Assembly: GCA_026770705.1 (NCBI GenBank) | Contig: JANJGN010000121.1 | Coordinates: 310,001-374,000 of the forward strand | Length of the DNA stretch: 64,000 nt | Direction: 5' to 3' | Source: Isurus oxyrinchus | Lineage: Eukaryota | Shown: positions 1-11,079 of the stretch, in pieces | How the letters are laid out: every line of letters starts with the position of its first letter | Numbering within the stretch: the first letter of the stretch is position 1 | Translations under genes and position numbers: made by a program | The notes under the pieces: model-generated | Told to the model about the DNA's origin: nothing | Database searches by the model: none | What the model saw: the letters and a program-made list of their open reading frames with translations, nothing else

Positions 1-83
1 ATTCCAAATAAATGAACCCACAATGTATTTACCCAATTCCGTATCAGTGGCTGGTGCCTTTATATCATTATAAAAACACAACA

Positions 84-2270
84 TGGTGATCAGCGGTGGC
101 CAAACATTCTGGCAGCAAGATTCAGTACAGGTATGACGTGGTGAACAGCCTTAGATCGAGCTACATGACATGAGACGATCCTCGATGCTTTGGTCAGACC
201 ACAACAGAGACACAGCATCAGAGAGGGTTGAAATCGCAGTGTACTGACTGCTCAGGAAACCTTTGAAGACACAGTGACGGGAAAGAGCTCAAGTAAAGAG
301 CTGGGGAGCAGACGGATCCCTCGTGGTGAGATTACAGCACACAGCCTGTAGGTCAGTGAGTGGGACAGTGTGTATCGCCAGGACCAGCAGCGGGTTAGCT
401 CAGTCAGGGAAGGTGAGTGACCAGAGTGTGGGCTGGATCGATAGTGAGCAAGGGAGAGTCAAACACATAAAAACCATTATAAAAATCAGGCCAGAGAAGT
501 TAGTGATTATAACGGGCAGCTTTGAGATTGATGAACAGCAAATTGAATAAAAAGCAAAGACTCCATTACTCCGTGGTGTGTTCCTGCCACAACCCGTCTC
601 CGTGGGCGGAGCTTCGGAAAAGCGCACGAAAGGGGCTAAAGCGACACTCATCCCAGGTCCTGTAGGAGAAGGAAGGTCAAAGGAATATTGTCAGAATGTC
701 CACAAAATTCCCCAGTTTGAACTGGGATGTAGCTGACCGACTATCTGAATTCAGAATGTTTAAACAGCGTACAGAGCTCTGGTTTCCTGATTCAGGTGTG
801 ACTGAACCAGACGAACAAGCCATAAAAATTCACCTCGCGATTGGGAATGAAGGTCTACACAGGCTGAACACATCAGGATTAACAGCAGAAGAGTGAAAGG
901 ATCCCCAATAGATATGGACGATATTGGAAGACAGGTTCAGATTCAGGTGAAACTCCATATTCATCAACTAGAGTTTATGTCATTTCATCAGCCTACACAA
1001 TCCATAGACCACTTCATCAGCCGACGTAGAGAAAAGGGTACGCACTGTGATTTCAAACACAGAGTCTGCAGACAGAGTTGTTGAGTTGGTGATCACATCC
1101 ACTCCCATGGAAGCCTTCCAGAAAGATCTGCTAGATAAGACCAAAATCTATAGCATTGAAGAGTTACTCTAGGATGGACATAAATACGAAGTGATCCTCG
1201 CAGGTCAACGAAGCTTACAGGTCCTCAGTACAACATCAATTGTTGACACACTCACTAGAACATCCAAACCTAGTGAGACGTGTGGAAGGTGTGGCCTTCT
1301 GCAGGCACCAATGAAATGCCCAGCTTTCCACCAATCCTGCAAGGCTTGTGGCAGAAAGGGCCATTGACAGCGGCAGGGCACTAGAGCAAAGGCTGATGCA
1401 GCTACAAAGAGCCGTGCGCTGATCCAAACAAACCCTGCACAACGGGGTAACTTCAAGCAATAAGAATGACCATCCGCTATCCCATCAGGAACATATACAT
1501 GTGGTGACTGACAAACCAGGAAATGGCGATGATGTACACGACGAGACTAGGAGCGGTGATCGATATTCCACCTCTCACACATATCCTGACGTGGCTTGCC
1601 AATAAATTGTGGATTGTGGTCTTTATTGATCTCTCTGGGCACATCAAATTAACTGAAAATGTTCCCATAGGGGTGGGATTTTCTGGCCCCACCCACTTCC
1701 AAGATTGTCCGGTCCGGCTGAAAGCCAATGGATTTATGTCTGTCCCAGTCTCAGAAACTATCCCATAAACTCAGTTCATGACATAACATTGAAATATGCA
1801 GAAAGATTCAACAATATTGGCAGGTTCAAGGGAGCTGCAACATTACACCTGCAGGAGAATGCAAGTCTTAAAGACTCCTTGCATTAAAATTAATACAATC
1901 CAACTTTGCTACGCTATCTTGAGCCTTAAATGGCCAATAATTTCTATGCCTTCCAGGTTCATTTGCTCTCTTCTAATTTTGGCTGTGCATCTCTCTCTGT
2001 TGAACCTCCTCTCGGGATCCCATCCCCTGCCATATTAGTTTAAAGCCTCCTCAATTTCATCAAGGGTGTAATGTCAATTGAAACCAGGGACAACATCAAA
2101 GAATGACAATCCCACAGATCAATGTGAGCAATTAAAGAAACCTCCAGACAATTTTGCCATCACAAGATCTCGACATAACAGCAGATTACCTCTACGCTTT
2201 AGAGACTCAAATATTCAACAGATCTATACACTTATGTAATTGTCAAGAAATATGAAAATGATACCAGGAA
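84..2270 (+). mobile_element. Degenerate Gypsy-type LTR retrotransposon internal region (PBS-like site, gag, zinc knuckle, pol remnants), copy 1
   Basis: ACA|TGGTGATCAGCGGTGG at 84 resembles a tRNA-Leu PBS (TGGTGGCAGCGGTGGG). The gag-like ORF 696-896 reads MSTKFPSLNWD...EFRMFKQR. A CKACGRKGH knuckle lies near 1320-1360. Many stops. End approximate. Confidence 0.75.
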
Positions 2271-3259
2271 CCTCTTGTTCCCTGTCCTTCTCAAAGATCC
2301 ATCCCTGCAGCAGGAGCCTGAAGAGTTACTGATGTGGGGCTTAATTTATCAGATTGTAGAATGATCCGGAACAGAAGGATGCCATTTGGCCCATCGAGCC
2401 TGTGCTGGGCCTTTGAAAGATCTGTCCAATTAGTCCCTCTTTCACCTCTGCTCTCTCCTCCACAGCCCTGCAAAATGTCACCTTCAAGTATTTATCCAGT
2501 TCCCCTTCTGAAAGTTCCTGTTGAATCTGCTTCCACCGGCCTTTCAGGCAGTGAGTCAATGGTCTCTCTCTGAGCTGCAAAGTGCTAATGTTCTGAGAAC
2601 TTTAAACTCTGCAGCAGATCAGAGACAATTATGATAACTCAGAATATTTGACAGTTTTACACACAGACAGCTTTGCCTTCCTTCTCTCTTTCAGTTATCT
2701 TGCTCCCTTATTGAAGTATCTAGCAAGGTGAGAATGGACAGGAAGTGTGACTCTGAACAGCCTGTCTATTCTAGGAGCTGTTGTGTTGACTTCATGGGAA
2801 GTCCTGACTTAGATCAGCAAAAGACACAAAATTTCAGGGCATTGTTATCCGTGTCCCAGCATCAGGATAGACTTCGTCCCCCAGTTGGTGTTCCTGATTC
2901 TCTATGCAGCCGATTGCTCCCCTGTCACTGGCTGAACTACACTGGCTCCCAGTCCAGCAATGACTCAAATTTCAAATTCTCATCATCGATTTCTTACCCC
3001 ACCATCCCCCCTCTACACTCCCGATCCCTGTAACCTCCTCCAACCCTAAAACCCTCTGAGATCTCTGCTCTCCTCCAATTCTGCTGTCAGACAGGGAGTC
3101 AGTGTATTTCAGTGAGCACAGCGGTGATGGGTGAATGGGACTTGGTGTGCGTTTGTACACTGGCTCACTGCTGAATCAGTTCCCAATCAGAGCTCAATAA
3201 GAATGATCTTTTACAAAGACTATTAGCCATAAACCTGTCCGAGCTGACGATGTTATTAC

Positions 3260-3299
3260 CTTGGAGAAGTGACAGGAGGAAGTAGGATTTCCCGATCAT
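3260..3299 (-). CDS. Signal-peptide exon (MIGKSYFLLSLLQ) of Siglec-like gene E, whose body lies left of the window
   Basis: ATG at 3299, 13 codons plus 1 nt, then G|gtaata donor. The whole exon is 3260-3341 with a tttctctttcag acceptor. It matches four other leader copies. Confidence 0.8.
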
Positions 3300-3372
3300 A
3301 GTCCACTCCCAAATATTTCATAAGCTTCTGACTCTCAAACTCTGAAAGAGAAAGGAGTTAATGAGACCTCAC

Positions 3373-3890
3373 CTCTTGTCCGACAGCTCTCGAGAGATCA
3401 GAACTGTTTTTGGACAATGTCTTGACAGACTAATTTGATTCTCTGTGGGATGATAGGTGCTCTGCAGAGAGTTACAAGGCTTTAAGAAAGAAAAATATTG
3501 AAGGATTTGCATTTCTATAGCACCTTTCAACACCTCAAGACGTCCCAAAGCTCATGTCTCTGCACTTCCCTCATCCCTTGAGCTAGAAAGATGTTCTGTA
3601 CAACAGACTTGAGTCTCACACCCAGATCTCAATAACCAGTAGAAATCTTTCAAAGGCATCAATCATTGGAATCTGTCTTTATAAAGTCACAACATCAACA
3701 AAGGACGGTGTTGGTGGTGGAAGTGAATTCCAATCGTTCTGTTACTTACCCAGGACCTGTCCGACTGCTCGCCTGGGGAGGAACTGCCCACACGCTCTGC
3801 TTGAGCTGAATGACCTCTTCCTGTGCTGCTCCCTCTGTGTGTTTAATTAGAAAGGGTGGATGTGTCACTGTGAGACAAAATGAGGAAGTG
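3373..3890 (-). promoter_or_regulatory. 5'UTR/promoter module of gene E: UTR exons 3750-3867 and 3373-3461, PU.1/ETS-like AAAATGAGGAAGTG at 3877-3890
   Basis: Canonical ag/gtaagt and ag/gtgagg boundaries. The same module precedes every leader exon in the window. Confidence 0.6.
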
Positions 3891-4104
3891 GGTAATCAGT
3901 GAGAAGATCGAGGATGTTTTGTGCTCTCAGCAAAACGTTTACCATGTGATGATCTGTCAGCTCATATTTGGGCAGCTGTAGTCATGAAGCTTCTCCATTG
4001 GCTCCGTGGGATTAGACTCCTGCCCCTCACCTCGGAGGCTGAAACTCAGGCGATAAGAGTTCCCAATACAGGTCTCTGGCCTTATGATACATTTCAACGA
4101 TCCC

Positions 4105-5830
4105 TGTTATCATTACGGAGGGAGTGCTGCACTGTCAGCGGCACTGTACTGTGGGAGTGCTGCACTATCAGAGGGTCAGTAATGTGGGAGGGCTGCACTG
4201 TCAGAGGGTCAGTAATGTGGGAGTGCTGCACTGTCAGAGGGTCAGTAATGTGGGAGGGCTGCACTGTCAGAGAGTCAGTAATGTGGGAGTGCTGCAACAT
4301 CAGAGGTTCAGTAATGAGGGAGTGCTGCACTGTCAGAGGGTCAGTAATGAGGGAGTGCTGCACTGTCAGAGGGTCAGTAATGTGGGAGGGCTGCACTGTC
4401 AGAGGGTCAGTAATGTGGGAGTGCTGAACTGTCGGCGGGTCTGTACTGAGTGGGTTCCACACAGTTGGAGGGTCAGTATTGAGGGGGTGCCGGACTGTGG
4501 GAGGGTTAGTACTGAGGTAGAGTGGAGTGTGAGGAGATATCCTTTCATGGCAGAGTTTAACTGGAATTTATTTAAACACAATTCTTGTACTGTGTGTTAT
4601 TGCAAAAGAAAGGATTTGAGGAACTAAGTCTTGTTCCCATAAGCCTAAAAATAATTTTCACGGATTTCAATGATTTAGCATTGAAACCTCCCTCTTTGGG
4701 CGCCAGTCTTGATTGAAACAACTCGCACAGCACAGTGGGAGGGTGAGTACTGAGGGAGTGCTGCACTGTGGGAAGGTGAGTACTGAGCGCGGGCTGCACT
4801 GTGGGAGTGTGAGTACTGAGGGAGTGCTGCACTGTGGGAGAGTGAGTACTGAGGGAGTGCTGCACTGTCAGAGGATCAGTAATGAGGGAGTGCTGCACTG
4901 TCAGAGGGTCAGTAATGTGGGAGGGCTGCACTGTCAGAGGGTCAGTAATGTGGGGGTGCCGGACTGTGGGAGGGTTAGTACTGAGGTAGAGCGGAGCGTG
5001 AGGAGATATCCTTTCATGGCAAAGTTTAACTGGAATTTATTTAAACAGAGATTCTTGTACTGTGTGTTATTGCTAAAGAAAGGATTTGAGGAACTAAGTC
5101 TTGTTCCCGTAAGCCTAAAAATAATTTTCACCGATTCAATGATTTAGCAATGAAACCTCCCTCTTGGGGCACCAGTCTTGATTGAAACAACTCGCACAGC
5201 ACTTCGGGAGAGTGAGTACTGAGGGAGTGCTGCACTGTGGGAGGGTGAGTCCTGAGGGAGTACTGCACTGTGGGAGGGTGAGAATTGAGGGAGTGCTGCA
5301 CTGTGGGAGGGGGAGTACTGAGGGAGTGCTGCACTGTGGGAGGGGGAGTACTGAGGGAGGGCTGCACTGTGGGAGGGGGAGTACTGAGGGAGGGCTGCAC
5401 TGTGGGAGGGTGTGTACAGAGGGAGGGCTGCACTGTGGGAGGGTGAGAATTGAGGGAGTGCTGCACTGTGGGAGCGTCAGTACTGAGGGAGTGCTGCACT
5501 GTCAGAGAGTCTGTACCGCGGGAGTGCTGAACTGTCGGAAGGTCAGTAGTGAGGGAGGGATACAGTATCAGAGGATCAGTACTGAGGGAATGCTGCACTG
5601 TGGGTGAGTGAGTACTGAGGGAGTGCTGCACTGCCAGATTGTCATCCATGAGGGAGTGCTGCACTGTCAGAAGGTCAGTGCTGACGGGGTGCTGCACTTG
5701 AAAAGGGTCAATAATGAGGTAGTGCAGCACTGTCAGAGGGACAGTAATGAGGGAGCGCTGCACTGACGGAGGGTCAGCACTGAGGAAATGCTGCACTGTC
5801 AGTTCTGAGCGTGGTCTGCACTGTCCTAAG
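4105..5830. repeat. About 33-nt minisatellite (GGGAGTGCTGCACTGTCAGAGGGTCAGTA(C/A)TGA) interrupted by two copies of a ~215-bp cassette
   Basis: Tandem units visible directly. The cassette ...gagatatcctttcatggc...aactcgcacagcac occurs at ~4520-4730 and ~4985-5200. Confidence 0.9.
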
Positions 5831-6469
5831 TGCATTCTAGGCACTGCCCAAGGTTCCGCCTGATGTCCGTGTAACAACAACATCATGTACACGTCGAGAA
5901 TATTTCTCACTGTGTCGGTGCAGCAAGACAGCTTTGGAATGGCACCACCACTGGCAGGAGTGTGAAACTACAATGTGACATGTTTACATGGGAAATTTCT
6001 ATTATAAAGATGGGCACAGGAATTCGTATGATAGAACAAATGTGACAACATGAAGTAATGTCTTTGAGCCAAAAATTTGGCTTCAAAATAAGAATTTTAA
6101 TCTATAAATATCTACAGAACAGGCTGAGCATTTTAATCAGTTGAGTAAATCAATGTAATTTTATTCATAACCCAAATGCTTCTTACAATCTATCGCAGCA
6201 TGAAAAAGGTGCAGCATTCAGAAAGCACATTCCAATCCAAGAACAGAGTTTAGCAATGTCACATTTCTGTTCATTCCTATTCGACCATGTTGGCTGCACA
6301 CAGCCAGACAATGCCGTGGTTAAGATGTGTCCACACAGCAGGACTGGGGAGCACCAGGTATAAGGAAAAGTTTCAGCTTGCTGAGGAGAAGAAGGAGAAT
6401 CTCTCGTTCCAGGATTCTCTCCGTACATTAAGAAGCAGGCATGCCGATGTTTCATTGCACTCTGTCTGC

Positions 6470-7100
6470 TGATGGGAGTCCGCTTGGAAATTGCTGTTTG
6501 TGCTGATGGAAAGAATAAGCTTTTCATAAATCGAGGGATTGAGAACAAACACAGGGAGGTTATGCTGAACATTTATAAAGCTCTGCTTAGGTCACAACTA
6601 GAGTATTGTGTCCAGTTCTGGTCTCCTCACTTTGGGAAGGAAGTGAGGGTCCTTGAGAGGGTGGGGAGGAGATTGAGCAGAATGGGTCCAGGGATGAGGG
6701 ATTTTAGCTACAAGGTTGGGTTGGAGAAGCTGGGGTTGTTCTCCTTGGAGCAAAGGAGATTGAGGGGGGATCTGATCGAGGTGTACAAGATGATGATGGG
6801 TTTAGATAAGGTAGACAAAGAGAAGCTGTTGCCATTAGCTGATGGGACAAGGACTGGGGGACACAGATTGAAGGTTTTGGGCAGAGGGGGGATGTGAGGA
6901 GGAACTTTTTTACACAGCGAGTGGTAATGAGCTGGAACTCGCTGCCTACGAGGATGGTGGAAGTGGAGACGATGAACGATTTCAAAAGGAAATTGGTTGG
7001 ACACTTGAGAGGAAATAAACTTGCAGGGATACGGGGATAGAGCGGGGGAATGGGACTGACTGGATTGCTCTACAGAGAGACAGCATGGAGTCGATGGGCT
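6470..7100 (+). mobile_element. CR1 LINE 3' fragment (RT C-terminus and 3' end)
   Basis: ORF 6472-6897 contains YKALLRSQLEYCVQFWSPH...LEKLGLFSLEQRRLRGDLIEVYK, a typical CR1 ORF2 end. Confidence 0.9.
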
Positions 7101-7242
7101 GAATGGGCTCCCAGTCTGCTGGAATGCCTCTCTGATACGAAGGTGATTCTAACCAGGACACTGACCAGTTTCATTACAACTTAACCCAATATCACACGTT
7201 ATTTGTCCGCACTGACTGACCAGATTGTTGCTGTACAAAGCT

Positions 7243-7382
7243 TCAAACAGTCTGTCGACTTCCTTTCACTGTTTGTCTCTCCCAGGCACAGACTCCAGCG
7301 ATAGTGATAACCACAGCCACAAGGAATATCACAGCTCGTATTCCCAGGATCAGGATCACGTGCAGAATCTCTCCTCCACTGT
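7243..7382 (-). CDS. Gene A TM/terminal exon SGGEILHVILILGIRAVIFLVAVVITIAGVCAWERQTVKGSRQTV*, with Arg in the TM and no Tyr motif
   Basis: ttctgtgtgttctctag acceptor, phase 1, hydrophobic run. CGA (Arg) at 7336-7338, TGA at 7243-7245. Confidence 0.8.
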
Positions 7383-9060
7383 CTAGAGAACACACAGAAA
7401 GAAATCATCACTGACTCTCCGCTTTCAATCTCTCACTCTGGCTGAACAATCAAGCTTCATATCACTGCAACATTTGCTGTAATATTGACCCATCCACTGG
7501 GATTCAATGTGGAATGAATGTTTTCATTGTAAACACTCGAAGAGTGGACAATTGGAACTTTCCCCTTAGCGTGGAACATTGGTGAGAATGGATCATTGTG
7601 CTGTTGGACTCCCTGTCCAATGTTTCTCTCCATCGCTGTGTACAGGATTGTGCTGTGGAAAATTCTGGAAACGTTTTGTGCAGGGTGGAAATTCATCTCG
7701 GACGTGTGTGCGAATCGGACAGGATCGAGATGGACTCCCCCACGGACTTACACCCCCCGCTTAATAAACAGTTCCAATCTTTACCCAGAGAGAGGGGAGA
7801 ATGTGGAACTCGCTCCCACAGGGAGTGGTTGAGGTGAACAGTATCGATGTATTTAAGGGGCAGGAGGGTCGGTAACCAGAGGGACACAGATTGACGAACC
7901 GGAGGGGGAGATGAGGAGAATTTGTTTTGACAGAGCGAGTTGTTGTGATCTGGAAGGTGCTGCCTGAAAGGGTGGTGGAAGCAGATTCAATAGGAACTTT
8001 CAAAAGGGAAATTGGATAAATACTTAAAGTAGGAAGATGGGGGCAAAGTGGAGTGGTGGTTAGTGGATCTGATTGGATAGAACATTGAAAGACCTGGCAC
8101 AGGCACAATGGACTGAATGGCCTCCTCCTGTGCTGTATCATTCTCCGTTTCCATGATCTCTCCCCCAGTCAGTAACGACTCCAGATCCCTCTTGAAGGCG
8201 ACAGAGAATCAGCAACCACCACACCCACTGACAACACATTGCCGAGGATCCCTACTCTCTGGGAAAAGATGAACTCCCCAACATCCAGCCTATTCCTGCT
8301 TCCCAGAGAGTGTAAACCCTTCAGGGAGGCGCTGAGGAAGTTTTCAATAAAATGACATCAAATCTACCGTTTGAGAAATAATTGAATTCCAATGAACTCA
8401 CAGCTTGTGTAGCAAACTGGGAAGTGGAGTTGCTTGAAAAGCTGGGAAACACAAGGATTAAGGGCTACAATGCCACCACTGGTGGGAGGCTGTAACTACA
8501 GCGTGACGTTTACATAGGCAATCCCCATTATGAACAAGGACATTGGACATCATGTGAAATATGGGCACTGGAAAGGTGAGAACATGATGTAAGCTTTTCA
8601 CCAACAGGAATTCTCCTCCTAAACCTCTCCACCTCTCTCTTACTCTCAAATACACAAAGAAAATCACACAAATCAGATAAGGAGGATTTGGGACCGGTGA
8701 TTGTTCGAAGGGTGAGCTTTCAGGAAGCTTCTTAAAGGGAGAGAGAGAGTTGGAGAGGCAGAGAGTATCTGTGAGAGTCTCTATGCATCTGAGTGTCTGT
8801 AATAGACTTTGTAATTTCCATATTCTTGCATAAATATGAATGGGAACACAAATCCCAGAATTCAGGCCAACTCTCCAGGGCAGTACTGAGGGAGGTCAGG
8901 TAGCCCACAGAGGAGTGTGTGTTAGTGTGTTTGTGTGTGAGTGTGTCTTTCTGTGTGGTCATATATGTGTGTCTGCATGTGTCTACTTAGATGTGTATGT
9001 TTGAGGGTGTTTGTGTAGTGTTCGAATCTGAGAGAGATGTTGAAGTCTGTGTACACTCAC

Positions 9061-9214
9061 GTTCCACAGTGATGGTTATGAATCCCTCCACTGCTCCATG
9101 TTCATTCTCTGCCACACACTGATAGTCTCCAGTGTCCCTGGATGTAACGTGAGGAATCACAAACCACAGCTCATTGTTGGAACTTGTTCTGTTCATTGGG
9201 ACATTAAGATGTCA
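9061..9214 (-). pseudogene. Gene A decapitated second C2 exon (3' half only, HLNVPMNRT...GFITITVE)
   Basis: Matches the 3' half of the gene C C2 repeats and keeps a C|gtgagt donor. The 5' half is replaced by unrelated sequence with an in-frame TGA at the junction. Confidence 0.8.
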
Positions 9215-9536
9215 GGGAGGGAATCAAGAACCCCGTTCACAGGATTACCAACAGAAAGTGAACAACAATTTATACTTAATGGGAAGAGAGTGCTGATTGG
9301 TTGGCAATTGGTCTCTGATAGGTGGCGGTGTTGCCATGGAGAATGGTGTGTGCGAGATGTAAAGTTTAGACAGCTTGTCTCTTTATTCAGCAATAATCAT
9401 ATAAAGATCAATTAACTTCTATCGACTTTGAAGCACTTAGAGAGGCCTTAGAATGTGGATACTGAGAATGGGCTGCACTGTCAGAGGGTCAGCGCTGAGG
9501 GAGTGCTGATGTGGAATGAATGGTGCATGTAATTAC

Positions 9537-9833
9537 CTTGCACAGTTAGTACGAGGGTCCGCTCCGATGAAACAGATGGATATCTCACTCTGCAGCTGAG
9601 AGTGTGTCCGTGGTGTTTGAGTGATGGGATCAGGGTCAGAACAGAAGTATAGGTCAGAGTGACACCATGCTGAGTTACAGTGTTTGAGACTGATCCAGGT
9701 ACGTCAGTGGGAGTGTCCCAGGTTAAGACAGGTGCTGCTGTTCCATTGCACGTTGTGTTGAAGGTGCAGCTCACATCCACACGCTTTCCTGCAATAATTT
9801 CAGCAGGGAATATCGTGGGTTTATCTGTGAAAT
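9537..9833 (-). CDS. Gene A C2-set Ig exon (Siglec domain 2) DFTDKPTIFPAEIIAGKRVDVSCTFNTTC...SCRVRYPSVSSERTLVLTVQ
   Basis: 297 nt, phase 1-1, tag/gtaatt boundaries. It has the extra B-C loop Cys used for the Siglec V-C2 interdomain disulfide. Confidence 0.9.
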
Positions 9834-10646
9834 CTAACAGACAGAGAATGGATCCTTTTAGAGAAATATAACATGAAGCATCAGTTCAAATAGAAAGCAC
9901 AGTCCCACAAGAGAAAGCACTTTTACAAGGATGATATCAGATCTGAGAGGATACAATGATCAGGAGAGAATTTCCTATTTTCAGACTTAGTGGAGTTTCT
10001 GTCACTCAGATGAATTCACTTCCACTTTGAGACAATTGAATTGACAATCCCAGGTGAGGGCGGGGGAGCAGCTCACAGTTCCTGACACAGTGGCTTGTTA
10101 CTTTCTCCGAAATCTGCCAGATTTAAATTCTATCCTGTCGCCAGCAGGAGAGAATCCATTTGAACCAATCACTGAACCGGCATCTAAAGCAGATGATCAG
10201 GTTATTGATCACATTGCTGTTTCTGGGAGCTTCCTGTGCACAAATTGGCTGCTGTGTGTCCTATATTACAACAAGGGCTACATTTCAAGAATTATTTCAA
10301 TGGTTGTGAATCCATTTGCGACATCCAGATGTGGTGAAAGGTGCTATAGAAATGCAAATCTTTCTTTTGTTGATATGTAAGAATTTTAAACAGGATTAGG
10401 TAGACTGATGGGAGTGGATAACCTGATAACATTGATGGACACAGTCAATACATTTAATCATTGATATTAAAGTGAGTATTAGAGGTTGTTTTAGGACTGA
10501 ACTGGAAGCTATTAGCAGGTTATTGAGAATCAGACAGTGTGTTATAATAAGCTGTGTTTTGTGTTAATATGTAAATGTCACAGTTCGTGTTATTTCCCAT
10601 TGAGTGTTGAATGTGAGTTGTTGAGTAATTATAACACAGCACTTAC

Positions 10647-11015
10647 CAGAAACGTGAAGCTGGGTTACAGGGTAATAGTTATGGCTCGGACCATTGTCAA
10701 ATTCTATTCTGAAAAAATAAGGTCCTGCATCTTCCCGTCTGATGTTGTTTATAATCAGGGAACAGTCGCCATCTTTCAGGTTTCCAGACAGCCGGGTCCG
10801 ATTGTGGAACCGTGGTAACTCGTGACTGTGATCCTTGGAGTGAAAGGCAATGGGAGCCCAGGGAATCTGTTCCTCATTATTAAACCAGACTCCACCTCGC
10901 GGTTGGTTTTCCAGACACGATGGATAACTGTAATGACATGGAATCTGTACACACGAACTTTCCTGTGCTGTCACCTCTCGTGGATTGTCACCTTTCCACT
11001 CTTGTGAGGGTTCAG
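10647..11015 (-). CDS. Gene A V-set exon V2 (essential Arg intact, extra Cys)
   Basis: 369 nt, phase 1-1. Siglec hallmarks: QEW, CVQIPC, DGDCSL, DAGPYFFRIE (no F-strand Cys, Arg AGA at 10708-10710). Confidence 0.92.
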
Positions 11016-11079
11016 CTGGGGAGAGAAATCTCAATATTGAACTCTGGATGGTTTGTGGATCCACTAGACTCAAAATTTA

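Noticed and set aside
4105-5830. CRISPR-like repeat/spacer appearance
   Set aside because: Units are contiguous and degenerate, the intervening cassettes are identical rather than unique spacers, there are no cas genes, and the context is eukaryotic.
4094-5910. Long ORFs such as VQHSLSTDPLT... and VLHCGRVSTEG... (also at 20-21.9 kb and 59 kb)
   Set aside because: They are by-products of a 33-nt minisatellite that is open in several frames on both strands.
7243-7257. C-terminal RQTV as a class I PDZ ligand
   Set aside because: The -2 residue is Gln and Thr is at -1, so it does not fit S/T-x-V.
7457-7696. 79-aa ORF starting MNFHPAQNVS, faintly like the DAPQNVS start of the C2 repeats
   Set aside because: No Ig Cys/Trp pattern, no convincing splice sites, and similarity is limited to QNVS.
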